Virus record (IMG/VR): IMGVR_UViG_3300015608_004663
Length of the DNA stretch: 64,000 bases
Direction: 5' to 3' (one strand)
Source of the DNA: an uncultured virus (IMG/VR IMGVR_UViG_3300015608_004663)
Lineage: Duplodnaviria; Heunggongvirae; Uroviricota; Caudoviricetes
This document shows, piece after piece, positions 11,601 through 20,656 of this stretch. Below the pieces are notes generated by a model, which searched no databases, was not told the DNA's origin, and was given only the letters and a program-made list of their open reading frames with translations. Every line of letters starts with the position of its first letter. Position 1 is the first letter of the stretch. The translations under genes were made by a program, and so were the position numbers.

Positions 11601-11888
11601 AGATAATTCTTTTGATGTTTTTGATGCTGATGAAACAGAACTTTCTACATCATCAAAGCTTGTCTCGCTGACTGCGTCGCGAAGATCTGAAGCAATGTCA
11701 CGCTGACGCTCTTGCTGCGTCAGTATTTTTTGCAAAAGCTTGCTGTGCTTTTGAAGTTCTGCAGTTATGTCACGATTTAACTGAAGTTCTTCTTGCTTTG
11801 CGCGCTTTCGCTTAGGATCTGCAGTTGCAGATTCAGAAGTTTGTGCTGTGTTGGATTTAGCATCTATGTTAACTTTGATCTCTGCCAT
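8682..11888 (-). CDS. tail tape measure protein
   Basis: 1068 aa, helical and Ala/Leu/Gly-rich with hydrophobic segments; between chaperone and baseplate genes. Confidence 0.75.
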   Translation of the reverse strand: MAEIKVNIDAKSNTAQTSESATADPKRKRAKQEELQLNRDITAELQKHSKLLQKILTQQERQRDIASDLRDAVSETSFDDVESSVSSASKTSKELSKSLREISDETDNSMSKLLVEANKADNALTAMAAATGGAGLALLAIKGLTNAISGLGAIASSAMSFVTGLVSSLFEVGKAILAIPFRVFEGFVKLSNDVASILTEIQTKIESVRRQFGDLKGPVAGTVLALSSSMKGFKATGLSAWGVIGDLAQRIEYVNELATAMGPIFGKLRAEFEADGGAIIAFQKGLGLASEELKAVGELSISTGNSSRKVLTSMTTQALALGKAFGVDAKVISRDVGKALGDVAHFGGATVKQISVASVYSRKLGLELERIVGTLSAFETFDSAAENSAKLAQSFGVLVDSFSLMEAQSPDEQIDALRKAFFAAGRTTEGMTRQELKLLAQTTGLDEATARLAFSQQNQGMSLDMLKKKSEQAEKKQLTQAEALSKLADSIERLVRQGPEFTGFFDAMLKGFSRGVMTSGPFTKAVFNLRNALMAVWREGGKLGNSFVQLFPGVKDLLTGLADLFRPDKFKKFASSFRRALEQFFKDVTTGNMSFSELMTKIRASFFDFLDAEAPSGRKLINGLKTFLLTIAKAVGEGISWAIGALEKGLRFLADFLYNPTEALQSLAGGAKQGASFASQLFAPIIAAFTDKKVTGGLVDALDDLLTVMKIKIGKRLEELFLDVRESVTRSIETARRSSVFYIRSSRNKTYKSKLTGEVTTGHEQDIEEELAAARLKKEKELADRYELMEYQFAEKRKKDAEARSRDLVSAQKQLAEKTAKEMQRAASPLAEAQAAQLADAKAKDREISDISSKLITSMRSSGDPVQRARQLSSTVDELATLRDRARKIDVAAFKELGQKLSELESSLKPVSDALPAKLAAVVWSLNKVSEIKLTALQNMQKAIKAGVIETTAAGVSDMIRVVNELDSALSNVAANKVNIATKLQHLATALPALGSSGQYSIKSKEVALTVNLTVTMRADEVERVIIQRKESVIRDRLNNAQYKGTSQATEIPATPTAPAPLPLTPRR

Positions 11889-11897
11889 TTGATGATA

Positions 11898-12173
11898 CTA
11901 CAGTGGCCAGCGCTGCCCAAAACATGCTTCAAACTCTTTTGCTGATTTTGTTTTATCGAGAAGAGCTTTCATCACTGAATCAACAGTAGCGCCGGGCTTT
12001 GATATCTCTTGCTGAAAGCGCTTTGAAGCGATCATCGCTTTTGCCAAAGCCAAAGCTTCTTTTTTTGAAGCTCTTATGCGCATTGACACAGCTTTGCCAG
12101 CCAGCCACGCTGCGACTGAGACAAACAATAGCTTGCCAACGCCATTGACGTGAAGTTCATTTAGCTGCTGCAT
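11898..12173 (-). CDS. hypothetical protein (start refined to MQQLNEL)
   Basis: ATG at 12173 overlaps the end of the upstream gene; basic ~91-aa product. Confidence 0.6.
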   Translation of the reverse strand: MQQLNELHVNGVGKLLFVSVAAWLAGKAVSMRIRASKKEALALAKAMIASKRFQQEISKPGATVDSVMKALLDKTKSAKEFEACFGQRWPL

Positions 12174-12871
12174 GTCGTCTTTTAATCTCTTGCAGGGCAA
12201 GTTTCACATCTTGACGCGTGACAGACTCATAATGCGTGATCTGCTTTGCTCTAGCTCTCTCGATCGCTCTGATCATGCACCGAACCATCTCATCTGGCGT
12301 NNCCACCGCCTGGCAACATCAAAACCTGATCATCTGAACCGGGCTTTTTTCTATAAGGAGTCCTGCGAACGTACCCGCTTGAATATAATGCATACTTATC
12401 ACCTGTAATTTCATCAAGCAATATTACTGTACCATTTTGTATTTGTTTTGCAGTTGAAACATTTGTCAAATGTTGCACATTTGGAATGTTAAACGTCAAC
12501 ATTTGTTGTTGATCAGCTTTTAATATTGGAATAAAAATTGTAACAACATGTTGTACTCGAGATTTATTAGACCGATCTGCAGGATCATCGCTTTCATATT
12601 CATAATTTACACGGCCATATGATTTACACGTAGCGATGAAATCTGAAATATTTGTTTGTTTGTTTGTCCAAAACAATATTTCTATTTTATAATTTGTTTT
12701 AAACACATAAAAATGTGTTACAATATCACTTGTTGAAATTTGATAATCTTCTTGTAATTTCTTAGTAAGAAACGATTCTATCTCTTGCACATTATCAGAA
12801 ACTTTTGCACTTTTGTAAAGTGGTGCACCTTTTATTTCATTGATATATTGCTGAATTGTTGAAATCTGCAT
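12157..12871 (-). CDS. hypothetical leader-bearing protein interrupted by NN gap
   Basis: Starts MQISTIQQYINEI; after NN at 12301-12302 an open frame TPDEMVRCMIRA...LQEIKRRHAAAK ends at TGA 12157. Confidence 0.5.
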
Positions 12872-12888
12872 AATGATTATATATCAGA

Positions 12889-13161
12889 TCACGGCGCATG
12901 TCGAAGGCGAGCGGGAACTTGTGTTCGAGACTTTCCACGAAAAGCTCTGATCTCTGGTGTGTTTGCTTCGTATGATCTGCTGTCTGTTACGCCAGATTCA
13001 TTAGAATTTTTCAGCTGCTTCTCTATTCGATCGATGTACCATCTTCTTATTGGGATTGGAAGATCTCTTGCATCAGAGTACGTAAACCCAAGATAGTGCA
13101 TTAACAAGAAGATCGGTTCTAGCTGAACAGCTGCTTTATCGCTTGATTTTAGGCCAAAGAA
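12889..13161 (-). CDS. tail assembly chaperone C-terminal ORF (probable frameshift extension of upstream gene)
   Basis: Frame open FFGLKSSDKAAVQLEPIFLLMHYLGFTYSDARDLPIPIRRWYI; LP...R.WY motif typical of chaperone second halves / gp51-like proteins. Confidence 0.6.
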   Translation of the reverse strand, partial: FFGLKSSDKAAVQLEPIFLLMHYLGFTYSDARDLPIPIRRWYIDRIEKQLKNSNESGVTDSRSYEANTPEIRAFRGKSRTQVPARLRHAP

Positions 13162-13984
13162 ATGAGACTCCCAGTGGGATGCTGACCTCTTCGGCAGCGC
13201 CGCAAGCTCTGCACTCAGAGACTTGCTTAGTTATCAGATCTGGTGAGTGCGTTGCGATATACGATCTGAGAGCTAAAGAATCACTCGCTGGCATGTTTCT
13301 CACGAAATCAGCTATCTTCTGTCGATCTTCAACACCATCAACAGAAAGTATAGCTTCGCGCAGATTTTCAGTGACTGTGTTCTCAATCTGAGCGCCGCCA
13401 AGAGCTTTCTTTCTAGCCAGCTGCTGCTTTGTAGCGTTCTCTTCAGACTGACCAGTTAAGAACTTGAAGTGCACGATCTTTTTTGTGCGCGGAAGGACAA
13501 ACTCAAATCTGTTCTCAAACTCACTAACGGGCTTGATGTCCAAAAAATTGATTCCACACTGAAGCAGATCAAACACTCTGTCTGTTTTTGCATCGCACTC
13601 GCCACACTCAACGCTACACTCATACTGAGCGCCGTATCCTGTGATGCGAATTGAGAACACAAGCGCGTTTCTATCGCCAGCGATCATCATTGTTGGATCG
13701 ATAGATTTGTCAATCAAACAACTTCTAATCAAAGAAGTGATAGCAGTTCCATTTTTGATGAGAGCTGGTGACATCAAGATGTCTTCTTCACGAGCTGTCA
13801 TTGGTTTAATGTGCACCTCTGTCACTCCGTGCAACGGAGATCCAGCAGGATAGATTAGTCCCTTTGATGGAAGGGGTACTGATTCATACGGTGTCTCGTC
13901 ACTCTGTGGACGGCGTGGCGATGCTTGCTGCGGGATTGATGCTTGATTGAAGATTGCGTTACTCTGTCTTGTGTCTGCAGACAT
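13136..13984 (-). CDS. T4 gp26-like baseplate hub assembly / tail chaperone protein
   Basis: VPLPSKG..Y, KPMTAREEDIL, GDRNAL..IRI.GYG, CxxC pairs, C-terminal FLWP. Confidence 0.75.
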   Translation of the reverse strand: MSADTRQSNAIFNQASIPQQASPRRPQSDETPYESVPLPSKGLIYPAGSPLHGVTEVHIKPMTAREEDILMSPALIKNGTAITSLIRSCLIDKSIDPTMMIAGDRNALVFSIRITGYGAQYECSVECGECDAKTDRVFDLLQCGINFLDIKPVSEFENRFEFVLPRTKKIVHFKFLTGQSEENATKQQLARKKALGGAQIENTVTENLREAILSVDGVEDRQKIADFVRNMPASDSLALRSYIATHSPDLITKQVSECRACGAAEEVSIPLGVSFLWPKIKR

Positions 13985-14099
13985 GTTTAAAATCCTATGA
14001 TGCTGTTAAGCGTACAATTGTAATTTATACAGCGCTTGTGATGAATTTGACATCAGCGCATTAAACAACGATATCGCATCAAGATATGTTAGCTAAACA

Positions 14100-15785
14100 A
14101 TGCAAAGCACCGAATCACTGCTATCACAATTCGCTTCTGCGCACAGCATCAAATGGAGATCTGGCCAAGAAGAAGCTATCAAGCAGATCCTTCAAGCTCA
14201 CGCTGACAACAAGAAGTGTGTGATCTTGGACGCACCAACAGGAGCTGGGAAAAGTCTTATTGCGATCGCTAGCGCCTGGTGTTTATCGCGAAAGCAATTA
14301 ACTTCTTACATGCTTGTGTCAGATCTAGCGCTGCAGCGCCAATATTCGCAAGATTTTTTGAAACTGAACTTGCAATGGCCAAGCGTCATGGGCGTAAAAA
14401 ATTACGAGTGTCATGAGTCAAAGACACCAGTCTCAGTCGGATGGTGCTCTGGCAATCTTGTGAAGCTTGGTGTCAAGCGTCGAGATCTGCAGTGCTACTC
14501 TGCTTGCGGTTATTACTCAGCTAGAGATTCTGCTCAGAATTCAAGCGTTGCTCTTCTGAATTACGCATACTGGCTTGTGCAGATGAATTACGTCAACGTG
14601 CGCTTAAGAAGGGGTGAGCAGAGTGAAGGTGCATTCTCTATCAGAGACGCACAATTTTTTGATGAAGCGCACAAGATAGATGTGATCGTTCATAATCACT
14701 GCGCTGTCAAGCTTGACAGCAAACTGTTAAGCGCGATGGCGACGCTAAAGCACATCATCTCACCTCGCGCAAGAAACAAAATCATCAAACTGATCAAAAG
14801 CATTGCTGCAGACAGTAAGAAATCGTATTTTGATTCGCTTCTTGAGATAGAGTCACTGCTTGCAAAAATAGAAGCATCTGCTATGAAATGGAGACTTGAG
14901 CTTGATCCAACTGTGAAGAAGTGGGACAGCAAAACCACTCAGATGATGCACGCTTGCGCAGACGTAAGAGACGCGCACTGCAAGATAGAAGATTATGTGC
15001 AGATCGTCAAACCAAGTCAAGATGATATGACTCTCACTCAAGGAGATGATGGTGTCACGCTTAACACTTTAGACACAAAAGCTCTTGTGAAATTCATGCT
15101 GACTAGAAGCACTTCATTCAGAGTGTTCATGAGCGCAACGTGGGGTTCAGAAGAAACAGCTAAAAGAGTAATCGGCGCAGACGACGCTACGATCATAAAA
15201 TTAAAGAGCGATTTTGATTTCTCAAAGAGCGCGATGATCATAGCTCCAACAGGTGACATGTCATCTAAGAAAAGAGAGGAATCACTACCAGAAGTAGCGA
15301 AAGCTATAGACGCTATCGTGAATGAGCACGCAAACATGAAAGGCGTGATACACACAAGCTCGTTTGACATCAGAGACAAACTGTTCTCATTAGTCTCACC
15401 AGAGACAAGACAGAGACTGACGCCATATGACGATTCTAAAAGCAAAGAAACTGCATTGCAGCAGCATCACACAAAAAGTGACAGCGTCTTGATCGGGCCC
15501 TCTTTAATAGAGGGTATCAACTTGCCAGACGAAGAATGCAGATTCATCATCTTTGCAAAGTGCCCATTTCCATACCTTGGAGACGACTGGACTGCTAAGA
15601 AAGCAACTAGAGACAAGATGTGGTATGAGTGGAAAACATCACTGGCGATCGAGCAGGGATGCGGGCGAGGGATAAGACATTCTGCAGACTGGTGCAACGT
15701 GTTTTTCTTAGACACTGCATTTGTCAGATTTTTTAAAACTTCTAAGAGCTTCAGTGAATTATTTTTGCAGAGGATCAAAGAATAA
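14100..15785 (+). CDS. DinG/XPD-family SF2 DNA helicase
   Basis: DAPTGAGKS, Cys cluster, DEAH, MSAT, EGINLP, PFP, QGCGRGIR. Confidence 0.9.
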   Translation: MQSTESLLSQFASAHSIKWRSGQEEAIKQILQAHADNKKCVILDAPTGAGKSLIAIASAWCLSRKQLTSYMLVSDLALQRQYSQDFLKLNLQWPSVMGVKNYECHESKTPVSVGWCSGNLVKLGVKRRDLQCYSACGYYSARDSAQNSSVALLNYAYWLVQMNYVNVRLRRGEQSEGAFSIRDAQFFDEAHKIDVIVHNHCAVKLDSKLLSAMATLKHIISPRARNKIIKLIKSIAADSKKSYFDSLLEIESLLAKIEASAMKWRLELDPTVKKWDSKTTQMMHACADVRDAHCKIEDYVQIVKPSQDDMTLTQGDDGVTLNTLDTKALVKFMLTRSTSFRVFMSATWGSEETAKRVIGADDATIIKLKSDFDFSKSAMIIAPTGDMSSKKREESLPEVAKAIDAIVNEHANMKGVIHTSSFDIRDKLFSLVSPETRQRLTPYDDSKSKETALQQHHTKSDSVLIGPSLIEGINLPDEECRFIIFAKCPFPYLGDDWTAKKATRDKMWYEWKTSLAIEQGCGRGIRHSADWCNVFFLDTAFVRFFKTSKSFSELFLQRIKE

Positions 15786-15786
15786 T

Positions 15787-16083
15787 CTATGATTGCGATT
15801 CTTGCAGAGCAGCTCTTAATTCTACAAGAGCTGCTTTAAATCGCTTATGACTATCAGTATATCTTGTCATGATGCGCGTGTTAACTGCCGTTCTTAACGT
15901 CTCACCATTTCCAACAGCATCATCAAGAAAATCTAGTGCGCTGATCGCACCATCAACAGCATCTTTAGTGATCGCATATGAATCATCATTATCATCCAGA
16001 TCATAATCATCTTCTGGATCTGGTGGCCACGCACCTGCAGATTCTTTAATCATTGATATCAATTGTTTTGCTGAAATTTTCAT
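15787..16083 (-). CDS. leader-bearing small acidic protein (putative internal head protein)
   Basis: MKISAKQLISMIKES leader. Confidence 0.65.
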   Translation of the reverse strand: MKISAKQLISMIKESAGAWPPDPEDDYDLDDNDDSYAITKDAVDGAISALDFLDDAVGNGETLRTAVNTRIMTRYTDSHKRFKAALVELRAALQESQS

Positions 16084-16109
16084 CTTATTTGCATCCTTTC
16101 TAAAAGAAA

Positions 16110-16571
16110 TTAGAGCTCAATACTTTCTTCATGTTCGCCAACAAGATCTCTCCACTCTTCAACGAAGGTAGTGTTAACGTACATTGACACATAGTTACGA
16201 CCTTGCATGCCCTGCTCAGTGTAATCGATGCCACGCAAAGCTCTCTGCGAGAAACCCATCGTCATCAGAATTTTGCGAAACGATCTGATAAAACCTGGAT
16301 CAGTATAGATCAAGCCCTCTTCACGAACACTCCAGTTAGTGAAATAAACTTTCAAATGAGTCCAGATCTGTTTTTTATTTGAATAAAAATCATCTTTCAT
16401 CATCTTATCATAAGCGCTAAGTTCTAACACTAATTTTGTGATGATTGGACCGTCTTGTTCTTTGCGCTTCTCCCAACTCCACAAACCTGTGCCAGACGTG
16501 CTTACGCGTGGAGGTTCTGTGAACACTGCTTCTTTAATCAATTGTTGTAGTTGTTTGACTGAAATTTTCAT
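16110..16571 (-). CDS. leader-bearing protein, LGFS paralogue family
   Basis: MKISVKQLQQLIKEA from ATG 16571; GFSQR, GMQG, W.DLVG motifs. Confidence 0.7.
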   Translation of the reverse strand: MKISVKQLQQLIKEAVFTEPPRVSTSGTGLWSWEKRKEQDGPIITKLVLELSAYDKMMKDDFYSNKKQIWTHLKVYFTNWSVREEGLIYTDPGFIRSFRKILMTMGFSQRALRGIDYTEQGMQGRNYVSMYVNTTFVEEWRDLVGEHEESIEL

Positions 16572-16686
16572 CTTATTTGCATCCTGCGTCAACTGTTATC
16601 TGCTAGTCAACTTTAACAATATCAATCATGTAATTCAGCGACAGACATCATTAGTTCTGGCGCTGAAGATCTGATTTGTGTTGTTA

Positions 16687-16932
16687 TTAATCGTGTGAAC
16701 CCTGAGCATGCAGTCTAGCGCCGATTTTTTTCAGCGTAGCGAGCAAGCTGTCACCGTTCTCAACGTTTTCCCAACCTGGCATGTCAATCAGCTCTTCGAC
16801 TGCGTCTGCGATCGAAGCGTGTTCAGCACCTTCACGACGGAGACGACGATTGACTGAGCGAGCTTTTGCTACTCGCGCTTCACGAACAGCTTGTCCAATT
16901 GCTGACTTCAACTCTCTGACTGTGATCTTCAT
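16687..16932 (-). CDS. leader-bearing small protein
   Basis: MKITVRELKSAIGQAVREA from ATG 16932. Confidence 0.65.
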   Translation of the reverse strand: MKITVRELKSAIGQAVREARVAKARSVNRRLRREGAEHASIADAVEELIDMPGWENVENGDSLLATLKKIGARLHAQGSHD

Positions 16933-16979
16933 GTGTTTATCTCTTTCTGTGTTATTACTTACTTGATTTAAGTATTCGT

Positions 16980-17237
16980 TTAACTTGTAAGCTTGCACAT
17001 AACGTTCTTATATTTTCTACATAAAAGAATTTGTGCTTCTTTTGAAAAATCTCTATCTCTAAAAGTCCGATTAAGATATTTTTCTAGTCTTGTTGCGTTC
17101 TATGGTAAATCTTTTAGACCGCTTTTCTCTAAAGCAGCTGACATTTCATCAAACGTGACTAAATCTTCATCATCATCGTCAATGTCTGTAACTGCTTCTC
17201 TGATCAGCAGTTTCAATTGCTGCACTGTGATCTTCAT
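16980..17237 (-). pseudogene. leader-bearing gene with internal TAG (45 aa, or 85 aa if read through)
   Basis: MKITVQQLKLLIREAVTDIDDDDEDL...KDLP*NATRLEKYL...LTS*; TAG at 17100-17102; GAGGA upstream; absent from ORF track. Confidence 0.55.
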
Positions 17238-17251
17238 TTTATCCTCTATAA

Positions 17252-17542
17252 TCATTTTGCGTACTTTTTGAAGTACTCGCCAACAGACAGATGTCCACTT
17301 TCACCATGAAAGCTCCATCTGATAGCTGCTTTAACTTGCTTCTCATTGCCTTTAACAGTGACAGATGTCACACCGCTAGACAATCTTGAGATGCGCGTGA
17401 CAGCAAGACCCATCTTTGTCAGTTTTGCTTTTATCTTGTCTTTGTCTTCTTCGTCAACATCAAAGCTAATAGAATAAAGTTTTGCTGAATCTTTGATCGC
17501 TTCTCTGATCAGAGATTTCAATTCTTGAAGTGTGACTTTCAT
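17252..17542 (-). CDS. leader-bearing small protein
   Basis: MKVTLQELKSLIREA from ATG 17542. Confidence 0.65.
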   Translation of the reverse strand: MKVTLQELKSLIREAIKDSAKLYSISFDVDEEDKDKIKAKLTKMGLAVTRISRLSSGVTSVTVKGNEKQVKAAIRWSFHGESGHLSVGEYFKKYAK

Positions 17543-17565
17543 GTTATTGTGCTTTTTATAAGATT

Positions 17566-17952
17566 TCATAATTTTTTCAATTGTGACAGAGCAAATTGTG
17601 CTCCCAATAACACATCTTTTTCAAGTTGTTCTGATTCTTCTTTGTAAATTTCTATCACAATTTTTGCCACGTTGATCAACGCAGGTGCTGCTTCAATCAC
17701 AGATGCAAAATCATTAGCATCAATCGCCGCATTGACAGCATCAATTTTTTGATCCCACACATCAGATGAATTATCAGGCTCTTCTGCGTCATCGTCTAAA
17801 TATTCATCCCAAAATCCTTCTGATTCCAATTCTGCTATCGCGCTGCTAAGTTCTAGCAAACTTTGTTTCAATAATTTTGTTGAAGCAGATGATTTTTGTT
17901 CTACAATCGCTTCTCTGATCAGAGATTTGAATTCTTGAATTGTGATTTTCAT
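17566..17952 (-). CDS. leader-bearing acidic protein
   Basis: MKITIQEFKSLIREA; GAGGA SD. Confidence 0.7.
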   Translation of the reverse strand: MKITIQEFKSLIREAIVEQKSSASTKLLKQSLLELSSAIAELESEGFWDEYLDDDAEEPDNSSDVWDQKIDAVNAAIDANDFASVIEAAPALINVAKIVIEIYKEESEQLEKDVLLGAQFALSQLKKL

Positions 17953-17968
17953 GTTTCCTCAAATTAAA

Positions 17969-18576
17969 CTAATCGTCTTCATCTGCTAGCACATAAAAAT
18001 CTTTCATATCAAGCATAACATTTAAAACATCTTCAAAAGTACAATGATACGTCGCAGCCATACCGTGAGTATCAACGACAAGTTGTCTTAAAGCACCATC
18101 TCCACGCATTTTGCCAAGATTTTTATGTCTGATGTCTGATGTCTTATAGTTTCTTTAATGATCGATCTGATGATTTGATTTGATGCACGCATGATAGACT
18201 CTTTCTTACTTGTAATCTCATTTATGTCATTTTGATATGCGTCTCTAACAAGATCAAATAGCGCATCTTTTTTTAATTTTGCGCGAGCCACTTCTTTGCC
18301 ATTTGCAGAAAACGCAACAAATTCACTGTACGTTGTGTACCCGTAAGCGTACCGAGCGCCGCGAACCATCGCAGGTGAATTTGTTGCTTTGTTCTTAATG
18401 AACCCAATCAACTTTTTATCTGGACTGTGCACAGTCTGACGATTGTTTTCATCAAGCGATCGAGATACTTTCAGTCGCTTGACTAACAATTCGCACGCTG
18501 CGTAAATGCGCTGACCCAGAGAATAATTTTGATTATTGTTTGTGACTTCATCAAATGCAGTTTTAAACGCGCTCAT
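17969..18576 (-). CDS. hypothetical protein with an in-frame second leader (MRASNQIIRSIIKET, ATG 18192) and a probable frameshifted tail
   Basis: ORF 18088-18576; one extra A in the A5 run near 18120 gives ...DIKNLGKMRGDG...LADEDD* ending 17969. Confidence 0.5.
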
Positions 18577-18582
18577 GTTATT

Positions 18583-19074
18583 TTAGAATTGCATGACTGC
18601 TGTGTCAAAGCGAAGAGTGCAACTGATCTCTACTGGCGTTCCATCTTCATAAGTCAGATCGCCAAAATTGATCTCAGTTGGAAACACGCCGACGATGTCC
18701 CAAAGCTCAATGACTGTGCCAACTGGATCTAACATCTTCAACTGAAGATTTCTTTTGTAGAAATCAGCGTAACCAGCGCGACCAGAAACGTTATCATACA
18801 CCAAGCGCAGCCACTCTGTCATCTGCTGAGCACCTGATGGTGCGATCGGATCGTGCATTGTGATCGGGAGTGGGTTCCATTTTGTTTTGCCAGCAAGGTA
18901 GCGCGTTGTGTTGATCCACGATATTTCAACTTCTTCAGTAGCTGCTGTTGGTCTAGCAGTAGATTTTAGCAAAAACGCATCAACGCCTTCAATCGCGATA
19001 ATCCATCGATTTTTACGTTTTGGCTCAAATTGAGTAGCCAACATAGATGTAACGTCAAGTGTTTCAATAGCCAT
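18583..19074 (-). CDS. tail tube protein (T4 gp19-like)
   Basis: FEPKRKNRW, YLAGKTKW, LKMLDPVG.VIELW...G.FP, L.FD. Confidence 0.9.
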   Translation of the reverse strand: MAIETLDVTSMLATQFEPKRKNRWIIAIEGVDAFLLKSTARPTAATEEVEISWINTTRYLAGKTKWNPLPITMHDPIAPSGAQQMTEWLRLVYDNVSGRAGYADFYKRNLQLKMLDPVGTVIELWDIVGVFPTEINFGDLTYEDGTPVEISCTLRFDTAVMQF

Positions 19075-19174
19075 TTGTGTTCCTCAAATTTATGATTTGA
19101 TAATTTGCTGAATGTAAATCTTGCACTTAACAATAAGTGGATTTATCATTTACTCACTTGATTTTGAGTTCTAT

Positions 19175-19596
19175 ATGCTAACTATTGAACACAAGCACAA
19201 TTCTCTTTCATGATGTCCTGCGTGTGAATTTGCATCTAAACGCGAATCCATCACTATCAAACACATACAAGACGTGCACAGTTCACAGCCACAAGATCTT
19301 TACATAGCACACTGCTTAAAAGCAGACACAGCTCTTTTTTGCAGCTGCGACGCACAAGCGCCACGGCAAGATCTGCGACAGTTTCAAAAATGGTGTCGTG
19401 AGCACAGCGGAAAACTTTCTTCACTATCGGAAAAAAGTAGAAGCAGAATACAAATAAGCGAGCTAACGCTCTGCGAAAACATTATGCATCACGCGCTAGC
19501 TGGTCAAAAGGCTTCACAAAAGAGACTGATGAGCGAGTAGCAAAGATATCTTTGCGCGTACAAGAACATTTTGCTGCAAATGTTCGAGCTTCATGA
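19175..19596 (+). pseudogene. degenerate zinc-finger/NUMOD3 homing endonuclease remnant
   Basis: MLTIEHKHNSLS*CPACEF...HIQDVH...LY...CSC, then in another frame SWSKGFTKETDERVAKIS; internal stop and frameshift. Confidence 0.6.
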
Positions 19597-19753
19597 AAGC
19601 AACAACAAATTCATAAATAACGCGCAGCTGATTTGGAGTCAAGCTGTTTGGTTTCTTTGCAAAGTGAGAAATCAAGCATCATTCATTGCGCTGCTGTTCA
19701 GTGGCTCTGTCAAGATGAGACGTTTCATGATTCACTTCTTTAACTGAAGATGA

Positions 19754-19980
19754 TCAATAACGTTCATCTTCAGGATCTTCTTCGCTATCAAAGTCATCAT
19801 AATCGTCTTCGTCTGAATCTTCATCATCATAATCATCAAACAAGCTCATATCATGAGCTACATCATCTTCATCATATTCATCTGATTCATCAGATTCATC
19901 ATACGCTTCTGATTGCGTATCATCATGATCAATGACGTTATCTACGATCATTTCTTTAATATGTGCTTTAATGTTGTCAT
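19754..19980 (-). CDS. hyper-acidic small protein, leader frameshifted
   Basis: ORF 19754-19951 is about half D/E; upstream ATG 19980 gives MTTLKHILK-E-MIVD if one A is added. Confidence 0.55.
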
Positions 19981-19981
19981 G

Positions 19982-20230
19982 TTATGCATTATATTTTTGT
20001 CTAAAATTCTTCACTTCATCAAAAACAAGCTTATGTACTTGGTTAGCAATTTTTGCTCTAACACGCTCAACATCATAAGACAAATCATCATCAATTGTAA
20101 CGTTATGCGCAACCGCGTCATCAAGCAGAAATTCTTTAACGCTAGTTGAAAATTTTCTACAGATAACTTCAATATCAGACGTGTCAGCCAGAGCTTCTTT
20201 GATTAAAGATTTTAATCTATGTTTTGTCAT
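19982..20230 (-). CDS. leader-bearing small protein
   Basis: MTKHRLKSLIKEA. Confidence 0.65.
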   Translation of the reverse strand: MTKHRLKSLIKEALADTSDIEVICRKFSTSVKEFLLDDAVAHNVTIDDDLSYDVERVRAKIANQVHKLVFDEVKNFRQKYNA

Positions 20231-20255
20231 TACAAGTACCTTTCAAAAATAACTA

Positions 20256-20633
20256 TTACCACAATTTCCACTGAATCATCAATTGTCTAATGATATCTTC
20301 AAGCATTTCTTCAATATCATTCTTAAGCTCTAGCGTGACAACGTTCGCTGTGCGAGTTATTAAATCTTTTGTTACGCCAGATCTTGTAGCAGGAATGTAA
20401 ACGTCTTTTCTATCAATTATTCTTGAAACTATAGCTTCTCTGAAACGACGCTCTTTCATGCGCTTTTTTAAATATTCTGCTACGCAATTTCCAAGACTTC
20501 TGTCTGTATGACCAGTTTTTGAGTGATCAATAGCGCTAGTGTCATTTTCTGCTAAAGCAATTGTTATCTCTTCTGCAATTAGCTGCTTTAATCTTTGTTT
20601 TTGCATAAGACCCACGCAATCATGTGCATTCAT
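20256..20633 (-). CDS. leader-bearing protein (possible start 20606)
   Basis: MQKQRLKQLIAEE...LAEN. Confidence 0.6.
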   Translation of the reverse strand: MNAHDCVGLMQKQRLKQLIAEEITIALAENDTSAIDHSKTGHTDRSLGNCVAEYLKKRMKERRFREAIVSRIIDRKDVYIPATRSGVTKDLITRTANVVTLELKNDIEEMLEDIIRQLMIQWKLW

Positions 20634-20656
20634 TTCTCACGCGATTTATGCGTAAG

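Noticed and set aside
15787..17955. Leader repeats as a CRISPR array or diversity-generating retroelement
   Set aside because: Repeats are coding, degenerate and hundreds of nt apart; no cas or reverse transcriptase gene and no adenine-specific TR/VR pair seen
19080..19750. tRNA or structured ncRNA in the long intergenic region
   Set aside because: No cloverleaf or T-loop motif seen; better explained as an endonuclease pseudogene
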